In this document: piece after piece, positions 22,901-34,900 of the stretch
Layout of the letters: every line of letters starts with the position of its first letter
How positions within the stretch are numbered: position 1 is the first letter of the stretch
From: Nageia nagi
Taxonomy: Eukaryota > Plantae > Pinophyta
Assembly: GCA_050084985.1 (NCBI GenBank)
Contig: JBITNC010000001.1
Span: 10,602,001-10,666,000 of the forward strand
Direction: 5' to 3'
Length of the DNA stretch: 64,000 bases
Position numbers and translations under genes: made by a program
Notes under the pieces: generated by a model
What the model saw: only the letters and a program-made list of their open reading frames with translations
What the model was told of the DNA's origin: nothing
The model's database searches: none

Positions 22901-25900
22901 CAATCACGGCATGACATCTATCCATGTGGGCAAAGGCTATAAAAGGAAGGTCAACTTTAGGATTTAGTTTCTTTGTTTAATTTTGGAGCTTTGTGCTAAG
23001 TTAGGGCAGGAGAAGCACGTCCCCAAAAGGATCTGCCCTTCCCTAGATGATATTTTGAAGGTCATTTTACTTAAATTTTAATTTGTTGCATCTAGGAGTG
23101 TGCCATGGGACTGTGCGGATGATTTTGGGGAAACATGAGAGCACTCATGCAAATTGGCGTGCTAGCTTCTAGACATCCTGGCTCAGGGGCATTTTTTTGA
23201 CTAAGTATAAAATTTCATTAAAGGTCCAGGCACATGTTTTCTGGCACATGCTTTTTCAATCCTCCAAAAGCGTGTGCCCAAAATTCTGGGGTATTTTCAG
23301 GTTAAGTCTTTTTGAGGTGCCTACTTTCCTAGGTGCAACGGTTTTGGGACATGCTTTTGCACCCCTCCAAAAGGGTGAGACCAAGTTGCAAGGGTTAAAG
23401 GGTTGATGAAACTTGACTAAGTCTTTTTGATGCACCAAGGTGGAAGGCGCATGCATTCCAGGACATGGAAAAGCACACACTCTAATATGTGCACCCACCA
23501 TCCTAGCTCCATTATTTGACCTTATTATTGACCAATTAGGAGGTGACACGTGGCAAGGCTAAAAGTTAAATTTATGAGGTCACCCCTTGTACTATTTACC
23601 ACTTCATTTCATTTTGATTAAGCCTCCTAGTCGCACCATTGTTCGGATGTACTAAAGAACTCACTCAAAGTGGTGCACCTAGGAGAAATAAGGGTTTGAG
23701 AATGTGTCTGAATTGCCAAAAGCCATTTTTCTAAGGGGTGAGCTGGATCTCAGGGTTTGTTTTCTGAAATTCACTTTCACTTTTTTCTGCATAAGTTTGC
23801 CCTAAATTGACCTAGACTCATGTTTTTCCATTAGTGCTCAAGGACTCATCCAAAACGATGCGCCCAAGTCCAAATCCAAGAAATTGGCTAAGTATTCATA
23901 CTTATCAGGTGCATTCCATTCTCCTTTCAATTGTGCATGAAATTTTGAGGGGCATGCTTTCAGGGACATGAAAATGTACGTGCCCAAATCTGTGCGCCAT
24001 AGCATGAAGTGGTTATTTGACCTTTCAAAGTGAGAAATTGTTGCCCTAGCAAGCATAAATTTGACTAAGTGATGTGTTTTCATATCAGGTGTCCAGTCGC
24101 ATGTATTTTGGGATATGAAAAAGCACCCTCTTGAAAAGGTGCACCCTAGAGATTATGAGCTGAAATTGACTAAGTATTGAGGAAGCTGGGAGTCAAAAAG
24201 ACTGAGAAGATACGTGGCACTCATGCAACGTGCCATGCATAAACCCCACATGCAACCTCTATAAAAGGGCTATCCCAATTCATTCTAGTAGAACAATTCT
24301 GCAGCTCGAACCTGTATGTCTGGCCATTTTTCCTACATTTTCCAGAACACATCCAATTTGGTGCTTGACCCCTTTTTGGACATTCCCAACCAGAATTTTG
24401 GTTTTTTTCAAAGAAACCAAAGCTCCCTGAAGCCAAATTTAAGGGGAGATTCCTTTTTGTTGGAGATACAGATTGGAGAAATGTTGATCCCATCTAGACC
24501 ACAATCTCCACTTCTTCTATTAGCAAAGAAGATTTATTAGATGAAGTCATCCACCCTTGCCACCATGATGCCTTTTGTTGTTTATTTTCTTGAACTATGT
24601 TATGAAGTGTCTAAATGTGATCATGGATTTTTCTCCAGAGGGGATTGAAGCCACCTTTGGTTGGAAGAGGTATGGGGATGATTACACTTTGGCGCATTCA
24701 GAAGAATTCCATGACACCATTACCCGACCTGGGGATTACATCAAAAGATGGCTGTGTGAAGACTACTACTGCATCCATGGCCAGAGGTTAAATAGTGCTC
24801 GTAGGGAGGAGTTCCTTCCCATAGTAGCTAAATTGATACTTTGTTGTCCAGAGTCACAAGTCAGGAAAATGACTCTTAAGTACAAAAAAGAGTTCATTGG
24901 TTCATTGCAATGATCAGTTCAGGGAGAGCTATTCGATGGAGCAGGGTAATCAGTGATGCCTTGCGCCACTAGTTGGCCTACTTTGGCTCTTCCAAGAGGT
25001 TCTATATGAACTCTTAGTGTACTTGTTACTGCATGGCAAATTCAATTCAAAGGATCATGTAGATGAGAGACATTTGGGCAAAAAGGGCACCCCAGTGTGG
25101 CAATTTTATCCCAAGTGGTGGTATCACAACAAGTTTAGGCACTACTATGAGAGGAACAACTAGTGGGAGTACACTATTTACAAGGAAATTAAAGGAGAAT
25201 CAGTAATCAAGAGAATTTCTTATGCAGCCATCTAGGCCATTAGTGTACATGCAGACTTCTACCTGCAGTATACTGACTACACATACAATATGGTTTATGG
25301 CTCTGAAGAATGGCCTCTACACCTGCCCATATATGCTAGTGATAGGCTGGTCCTCATGGAGTTTGCTAGGTAGTTGTTGTTTTTGAAGGAGCGAGTGTGG
25401 AGAAAGAAAGATGCTACCATTAACTTGCCTATTTCCATTGCAAATTATGTTTTACATACTTGGGTTGAGGCCAACAATATGAAGAAGGAGTTGCAGCAGT
25501 ATGTCTTTTACAAGGAGGCAACAACCAAAAATTATGATCCCAAAGGTGTTATTGCCCGTTTCTATAGCATTGCATTCCAAAAACTTGTTGTTTACAAGCA
25601 TAGATCCTCTTTACATAGAAAAGGCACCTCAAAGACCTAGAACTGTGAAAGAAAAAGCCAAAGAGGTCCCACAAAGGATCAAGGCGCCTCCTTCCATTAG
25701 CGTTGCACCTCCACAAGTCAAGGAATTCTTGCTTCCCATTGGGAGAAGACAAGGGACCTTGGGGGAGTATGCTTCAATGGGATCCAGTAAATGCAGTGTA
25801 GTGGCCAACTCAGCTAAGATAAGCCACAAGATCTTAGGGATGTTGGCTACCATGATGTCCCTTTGAGCTTATTGGAGAAGGCTTGTGCCAGTGATTACCT

Positions 25901-28900
25901 TGTCAGAAAAACTCAACAAAGATTCACTTACCATCCTAGATGCAGAGAGAAAGTTCCCCCATTGCAACCAAGTTCTAGTTCTTTCGAACACTCTACCTCT
26001 TCCTCTAATGAAGAAAGTGATGAAGAACTCAGTTGTGCTGAAGAAGGCTTGAAAGAAGAAACAGAGAGCTAGGGAGATGATGAAGTAAGCCGTGGTGAAG
26101 AAGAGGATGATGATGCCGATGAATGGTATCCCGATCAAGAGAATGTAGCTATAGGTGCGTCTGCACCTGATGACACGGAGATTGAAACTCTCTCGGATAA
26201 TGATGATGACCTATCTATAGATGTTGAAACTTATGATGGAAGATGTCCATATTGTTGGTGTGAAATGCACCAAGGAAGTGGGTTCTTCCAAACCCTCTCT
26301 TGCAGAACATAAAAATAAGTCATCCACATCTTCTCAAAAAGTGTCTATGAAGAAGACTAGCCATGAGAGATCCCCCCAACCACGTAAGAAAGTACTATCA
26401 TTAGGAGGTGATTGTGGAGATGAAGAAGATCAAGGAGAGACTAAGTGTTGATCAGTATAGCGTAACCTCAAGGGTTTGGTCTAGTCGTGTTCTCCACCTC
26501 TTGCATAGTAGGTTCCTTGAAAGAGCAGAAGGTGGTGGGGATGCGTTCGTGTTGATTTTCTGCTCAATCTCCGGTTTATAGGCCGGTTCCTATCTATATT
26601 TAAGGTCAAAAGTAACAGAAAAGGAATAAAAAGATGAAGAGTTATAGGAAAGAGATAAGCAAACAAACAACTAAAATAGGAAATTTACAACCCGAGCATT
26701 GCAGCACAGGCAACAATCCATAGCCAAGATTAAGAATAGCAAACTGTCTCGCAATTGGGGTCTCACAATCACAATACACAGCCACAATTTGAAGAAAACC
26801 ATTCCACACATAACATTCACAAAAGCAATAAAAGCCACTTTGTTGCAGGAGGGCAAAGCATTGTCTGTTTGCATTATCATATGTGAATTGCTTTTACAGA
26901 TTAAGGCAAATTTGCCAAAATGTCCGACCTTTAATTTTTAAAAACTAGATATTTATACAACTTCTCCCCCTTGGCTGGTTGGGTTTCATTAATATACATT
27001 ACTACTAGCATTGAATGAAACAACTAAAACAACACTATTTACATAAATGTTACAACTGTGCTAGATTATACAGTGGACAAGTACTAATCAACATAACTAT
27101 TTGAACTATCTGGGAATTTGCAACTTCTGGTCAGCCATGTCTATAAAACCGTAATCCTTCTAACATGTCGTTGATTGCTCCTTCCTCAGCCCTGTAGTTG
27201 ATTGAATATAACACTGTTGCTGATTGAAGGTAGCACTGTAGCTAATTGAGCAGTTATTTGATTGCACATTGATTGGTACGATTTGGTTGTATGCTTTATT
27301 AACCGCTATTTGCTTCTCTGTAATCTTTATGATCTCTACTTTGGATGTCAGTAATCAGAGTAATGATAGTTGATAGACATTATGTTCACTTGGATCGAGA
27401 AGAATTGCCACTGTTATGTGGAAATGAGTTGTTGTCGACACATTAACAAGGCCCCAAGGGTTAAACACTTAAGATGAAGTGGACCCGAGTGTTCTTTCTC
27501 ATGCACTACTTTTTCACTTGCTTGGTGGGCTCTATATTCTTCTTTCGGGCTCTGTTGATGATCTGGTTCTTCCGGGACTCGCTTATTTTCATCGAAAACT
27601 ATGACATGATCCTTCAAAATCCCTGGGCTCTGTTGATATTTTGATTCTTTGGGACCCGCTGATTTTAGTTGAAAATCATGATGTCATCTCTCAGGATCGA
27701 CGGGTTCTATCGAAATTCTAATTTCTCCGGGACCCGTTGATTTTCACAAAAAAGTGTGATGTCACCTTTTGAAATCGCCGAGCTCTGTTGATTTTTTTCA
27801 AAAGTTTGCACCCGCCACTGCTTGTTTCGGGACTATTGATTTTTACCAAAATTTGTGACTCATCCTTTAAAATCCCCGGGCACTATTGATATTCTTCAAA
27901 AGTGGAACTTTGAATGTGTACAAGTTTTGGACATTTGTGCTAACAACTCCTAGAGACTCTAAGGCAACAAATATGATTCCGAGAATTTTTACATACATGA
28001 CTTCTTGAGTATATTGGAGAAGATGACATGATTCTCGGGCACTTTCAACTCCCGGTTACTAAAGAATAAAAGAATTAAAATTGACACAAGTCTTATTGAC
28101 ATAACTCTCGGGTAACTTTATTTACATAATCCCTGGTACTACTAAAAAATGAAAAAATTCCCGAGTAACTTTATTTACATAATCCCTGGATACTAAAAAA
28201 ATGACTCCCGACATCTTAAGGAAAAAAATGAGAAAGGGGGGAATTTATAATGAAAGAATACAAAATTTTATAACTCATGAGACTCTAAAAGAATAATGTC
28301 CCCTCCGGGTACTCTTATATATACAACTCCTGAGTAGTAAAGAATAAAATAATGAAGAATGAAAAATAATAGAATTACCCAAATTTTTGAGTGTTATTCT
28401 GGAGGAATACAATCTTCTGGCGACTCTTAGGGGTCTCCGCCTGCTGGAGAATAGAACCTTTCAACTGTTGCTACCAGTGGCTTGCCCAAAATTGGACCTA
28501 GTTGCAGTCTCAATTGCTACTAGCATGTTTGGTTGGAGAAATGCTTGCATCCTTTTATTTAGATCACTAAGATCTTTACAATCAGCTTGTGATAGGATAG
28601 CGGATGCCTTAATCTTCTCTGTGTCTACTCTGAACCCTTCCAGGACATTGCTTAGCCTTCAGCTTGCAAAAATTTTGTAATGGCTTCCTGAGCCAACTCA
28701 TTTATTTGTTGAAGATCTGAGATTTGTTTTTTAGAGAAATATTGTTCCAAGAATTGAATAGTATTGGCTACCCAATTGGCAGCACTACTTTGTACATTTT
28801 GCTCCTTCCACAATTTGGGAGCCTTCATGTCAAATAAAGAATTAAAAATTTTGTTAATAAATCCCAGCTTTGTTATTAGCTGGTGTTTATTTATGTCCAT

Positions 28901-31900
28901 ATCAAATATTAATATTTGGAGTTCACAAATTTGATGGATCCTTTTCTGATATGACTGTTTTGGTTTGGAAGAGATTGTTGTGAACTCCTTTTCAGTCAAG
29001 ATCTTCAACCAGATCTGCATTCTTTCCAAAACTGCTGTAGGTATATCCGAGCCAGTTTATTAAGAGCATTTTGAGCATGAAATTCTTTGATGGCCTGTAT
29101 AGTTTCTTCCTTGAGTAGATGCAAATGAGATAATGTTACCATTCTATTATCGACTTGCTCTACCAAGGATTTTCTAAAATTGTTCACTAGCAATAACATC
29201 TTTGCATTGTCATCTAATAGAACTTTATTTGCTGCACTGATTGTCTGCATCTCGGCCTCAATCTGTTTCATCTTCTGAGCATCCATGAATGTAGCCTGAG
29301 CTTTGAGTTCTATCACTTGGTTCGCACTATCTAGCTCAGCTTTTGATGTTGCCATGCTCTTATCAAATTCTATTTTTGCTTCTCAAGCTTTAAAATCAAT
29401 TCTTTATTCTTATTCTGCAACTCGACCATGTTTTGTCCTTAAGGGAACAATCTTTCTTATATTAATCAATCTTTTTATTCAATTTCTCTATTTTAGTCTC
29501 CATTGCCTGAAGACTTTTTCCAGCTGCCATTGAAGTATTTACCAAAAACCTGGACTGGTCAATAGCCGGTGCACTCTGCATATTTACATCTATTATTGCC
29601 GTGGGAGTGAAATCTAGTTGCCCTTCTTTAAAGGCATCTAAGCAATTTTCATGTCTCCCGTCTTTGTTACTTTGCTCAAAATTCTCGACTGTTGCTCAGG
29701 GAGCAGATGAGATTTATTTACAAAAGTTGCCTAATCAATGGGCTCTACAATTTGTGTAGAAAAAATAGACTTTATTTCCTCTTGCGAGGCAATAGGAATA
29801 AAAGAATGAGTAGGAATAATTCCACCTGCAATAGGTGTCTCACCTTGTTGGACTGGTTGGGACTGCCAGGGAGGAGTAAATTGTTGGACCTCTGGTTCAG
29901 ACTCAGCTTCTTCCATGGCTTCACCTTGTTCCTCAAGCTTATGCATTGGGCCAGTCCTTTTTTTTTTAAATTCATCATCATCATCATCATCGTGCCCAGT
30001 CCTCCTCCAGGTGCAACTGCTGCTGTTTTACTGGCCTCAGGTATACTTTCCCTGCTTTGTTGAATCTGGCTCTGTTCCTCTGTTAGGATTTCTTCTTGTT
30101 GTTGTTCATGAACTTGTTCAGTAGCACCAGCATCTGTATCTTGTGGCTCTTTTATTCCTCTGTATCAAAAATTTCTATTTCTTTTGTCACCACCTTTAGG
30201 GCTTCTTCTATTGCCTCCAAAGGTGAAGGTACACTTGTTTGTGACTGTGACCTTGCTGTAGCTGACCGAGGCTTTTTAATAGGCTTTTGCACCTTCTCCA
30301 ATGTCTGCTCCCTTTGAGCAAGAGTTTGAACTTTTCTTTTCTTTTTGAGAGAAGGCTCCTGGGAAGAAGTGGTGGTGTTCGAAGGGTTTTGTTCTCCCTT
30401 CTTTGGGACTTGAACCATGCCAGATGGTTGCTCTGTTTGCATTGTTGTCTTCTCTGCAGCAGGTTTTCTGCGAAAATGAGGAGGAAGAGGCTGTCCCAAC
30501 TTGGCAGAGGATCTTTGGAATACTCTACCTCCCAGTATTTATCGTATTTAAATTTTTCAAATAATTCACCTTCAATGTGGTGAATTTTTGTGGTGTACTC
30601 AAATCTGAATCTTGTAAAATAATGAATTTTATTAGTACCCCACCCAAGATATGCTAATTGGATGAGGACCTCTGGGTTGAGGACAAAATCTTGCCTCTTA
30701 TTTTCCTAATTCCTATATTTTCTTATTCCTTCAAGGGCCATCCATGCTTTATTCAGGGGTACAAATTCCCAATCTGGGTACATTTTTGCCTCTGGTCAGT
30801 TTTATTTACAAAATATTCTATATGGGGCCTACTATCATGGATGAATACTGGACGTTTCTTGCTAGTCCTTATTATCTGGGTCGTTTCCCCTGATGGGTCA
30901 TACATCGATGCAGTTCCCACCTTATCTAATTTGAAATTTTGTACAATAAATTGGGTTATACTTTCTATACATTCTATCTCTAGTTAGAGTAAAATTCTCA
31001 ATAGAAGCTGATATATTTACAATAGATTTGAAATTGCCCTCAGACCCATATTTACTCTCTATAGCACAAATCTGTTTACCCATCTTTATTGAATACAAAT
31101 GGGGGGTAACATATTTAGGCAAAAAGAAGGGTTTCTCAAAATACCCATATCTGATTATTATGGTGCGGTTCTTCAAGAAATACCAGTTATCGATTTTATT
31201 TCTGTCTTGTATCTCCCTTATTGTGCTTTTTCGTAGCCTATTGGGGAGTTTTCCAGTTAAAATTTTTACTACGGTTGAATAGAACTTGTGCATGAACTCG
31301 TAGTAGGATCCATGCAACTTGATCAAAATTGGTACCATCAAATCAATTGGCACCGACGCAGCACTGGAACTGGTTGGCTCAATTGGGAGCCCCACCTCTA
31401 TACGTTTGTCCAAATTTTGATGGACAAAAAGCCACCAAAGATAAGAAGAATGTCTGAAATTTGATTTTTCGATTTTGAACAAACATTTCTTAATTTCTCT
31501 GGTTATGAAAGCCGAGAAATCATAGCAGACATGGGCTTCTGAAATATTATCAGCCATGCGCACCATAGCTTCGTTTGCTTCAATCTGGGTTTTCTTTCCT
31601 AGAATGGCCGCGAGTGCCTGCAACACTTCTCTTTCTTTCTTTCAAAAAAAGCTATATGGTAGCTCGGCAAGAGTTTTGCTTTTCTGCTGTCTTGGTATCT
31701 TCCACCGATCCAACTCAGCATTTCATCTTGATTAATGTAAAAATCATGTTTCTCTTTTTTCAAATCAATTTGTTTTTTAACATGAAATGTCCAATCTGCT
31801 GGAACAGCAAATGCTTGGACAATGGAGTCAGGAGAGTAATCTAGCACTGCTTCAAATACTGGCTTAGAAGCACCTCCCTCTTCAGTGCTCTTGAACATAC

Positions 31901-34900
31901 CAATTTGGTACCCCTTTTGATGATGCTTGCGTGCTAGAGAGTACAAGAGCTCAAGGCAGGTGAAGGACTCATAGGGCACATAATATGCCAAGCCCTAATC
32001 AATCATAACATCCCTTCTTGAATGAGCAAGCGATTTTCCTTTTCCGCTCACCTTAGGTGTCTTAAGCTTCAAAAGAACATGACTACAGTCAGCTTTCCAT
32101 GTATCCATATAATTGATTATTTCCATCTCTGTCTAGTTCACTCCTGGTGCATTCTCGAGATATTCTTCTTGTAAAAAGAGTAGGTCAGTGTCAAGTTGTT
32201 CCACTTCAGCTGCAGAGGATGATTGAGAGATCGCCATAATACTAACACTTTTTCTTGAACCTCTAGTTGTTATTAAAAACAACATTCTAAGCGATGTGAG
32301 GTCCTACAACCTTTTACTTTCTCAAGACAACTCGGCTTTGAAAACTCTAAGCTTTGAATGCTCTGGAAACTTGAGTGCTCAAAATTAGGTAAGTGTCGAA
32401 CTATAGAGTATGGGAGGAATTTTAGTTGTCCTAGGTTGGTAAGATTTCTATTAATGACAATTACTTCTTTAGGATTTTGAGACTTGCGCATTGTACGGAT
32501 TGAGCTAGCATAGACTGGATTAGTAAATTCAAAGCACATCAGACCTAATTGTTGTACTTGTACGATGGTTCATGAAATTCGAGGAAAACTTTCCTTAAAT
32601 GTTGTTTAATTCAGTGACAGCTGAGCAACATGCCAGCATTAACTCTCAACTAAGATGAATTAAAGTTGATAGCTAAGCAGTACGCTAACATTAACTCTTA
32701 ATAATACTGAATTAAATTTGATCATTGAAGACTTTTTTTGAGTTACAAAAGCTTGACAGATTGCCTCCAGTAAATGCTCGACCATTGTTTGATACCATAG
32801 TCTGTGGGATTCCCAAGCAGGTGATTATCCTTTTAATCATTTCTATCACCGTTTTTGATCTACATTTTTGCATGGCATTGCCTCTAACCATCTAGTGAAG
32901 TAATCTGTTGCAGTCAAAATAAACTTGTGGCCTGCTAAGGAATTTGGTTTATGACACCAATAAAGTCCATACCCTACTGTTGAAAAGGCTCTTTGACTAC
33001 CACAGGTTTGAGAGGCATGGTAGCTTGTCTTATCTTTCCCACAAATCTGTTGCACTTATCACATTCCCTTGCAATCTTGAATGAATCCTAAAATATAGTG
33101 GGCCAATAATATCTAGCTTATAATACCTTTCTTGCTGTAGTTGGTCCACTGTAATGCCACCAGAGAATCGTAATGAAATTCGTGCAATATTCTACGGGAT
33201 TTCTTGAGTCACACATCTAAGAAGGGTTTGATCAAAATTCTTTCTATACAAGCAATCATCTATTATGATAAATTTAAAGGCATGCAACTTGAATCTCCTT
33301 TTTTGGAATCTATCAAGAGCTTCAAGGCACTTACCTATTTGAAAATAAGCCATAATTTACTTAATCCAATCACCTTCCTAATTAAGTTGCTGCACATCCT
33401 CCATAAGAGCAATCATATGTGAAGCTTTAGCCATACTTTTACAGAGATCCCTACCTCTAATCAGCTTGGTTAGCTTGATCTCTATATCATATTCTATTAT
33501 TTTAGTTATCCAACCAACTTTTTCTTCACCTAAATCTCTTTGTATAATATGATTTCTTACATCTGGATGAATAGAATATACAAGGATTCTATTGTGGGAT
33601 ACATAATGCTTGAACTTTTTAAGTCCTTTCATAATGGAAAACACTTTCTTTTCAATAAATGAGTATCTTTGCTGATATTGATGCAGCGTCTGACTATGAA
33701 AAGCAATCGGGTGTTCTTCGTTATTGTCATCCTTCTGTGTAAGAATTGCAAGCAATGCTCTTGTCTGCTTCGTGTGCATACATGATGAAATCTTTTGACA
33801 TATCAGGGGTTTTAAGCACATGAGCTTTTGTTATAGCTTTTTTTATCTCTTTGAAGGCTATTTTTGCTTCACAAGATCAGGAAAATACATCTTTCTTTAG
33901 CATTGAAGTAATTGGAGATACAATTTTTGAAAAATTATTAATAAATTTCCTAACAAAATTGATCTGACTAAAGAATGATTGTAAGGCCTTCTTGTTAGAG
34001 GGAAGTGGCAATGCTTCTATAGCTTTTACTCTGTCTAGATCAATTGCTAACCCTTCTTTTGAAACAATGTGGCCAAGTAACTTTCCTTGGTTGACCATAA
34101 AAATTGACTTTTTTGAGTTGATTGAAATGCCGAATTTCATGCATTTTTCAAAGATTAATCTTAATGTTCCAGTTGATCACTTCTACTTCTAGAGAAGACA
34201 GTGATATCATCTAGATAGATCAATATAATTTTATTTATTAGCTTGCCAAATATATGATCCATGGCTCTTTGAAAAGTAGCTCCTGCATTAGAAAGACCAA
34301 ATGGCATCATTTGAAAAGCAAATGTCCTCCATTTGGTTGTAAATGTGTTTTGAACTGATCTTCATCCTTCACCCAAATCTGGTTAAATCTTGAGTAACCA
34401 TCTATCATTGAAAAATAGCAAGCTCCGGCTACTGTATGCAGGATTTGCTCCATAGGAGGGAGAGGATAATTATCTTTCAGGGACATTTTGTTCAAATTTC
34501 TGAAATCAACACAAAGCCTGATTTCTCCACTTTTCTTTCTCACAGGAACTAGATTTGCAACCCAAGAAGAATGTTTGATGGGATAAATAATTTTTGAATC
34601 AAGGAGCTTGATTAACTCCTGTTTCATAGCTTCTTCTATTTTTGGATTTACGGGTCTTTGTTTTTGCTTGTATGGTTTAGCTTCTGGTTCAAGCTCAACC
34701 GTGTGTTGGATGACGTCTTTGTCATATGTCTTAAGATCATCATAAGTCCAAGCAATCACTAGAAAAACTCATGATAAATCTAAGACATAGCAGTCTTTTT
34801 TTAAGCCGAACACTTTGAACCAATTTTTATGTGCTTATCGGGCTCTACCTCCAACTCAACATAATTCTCCTTCAAGATGACTGAAGACTCGTCCTTTAGG

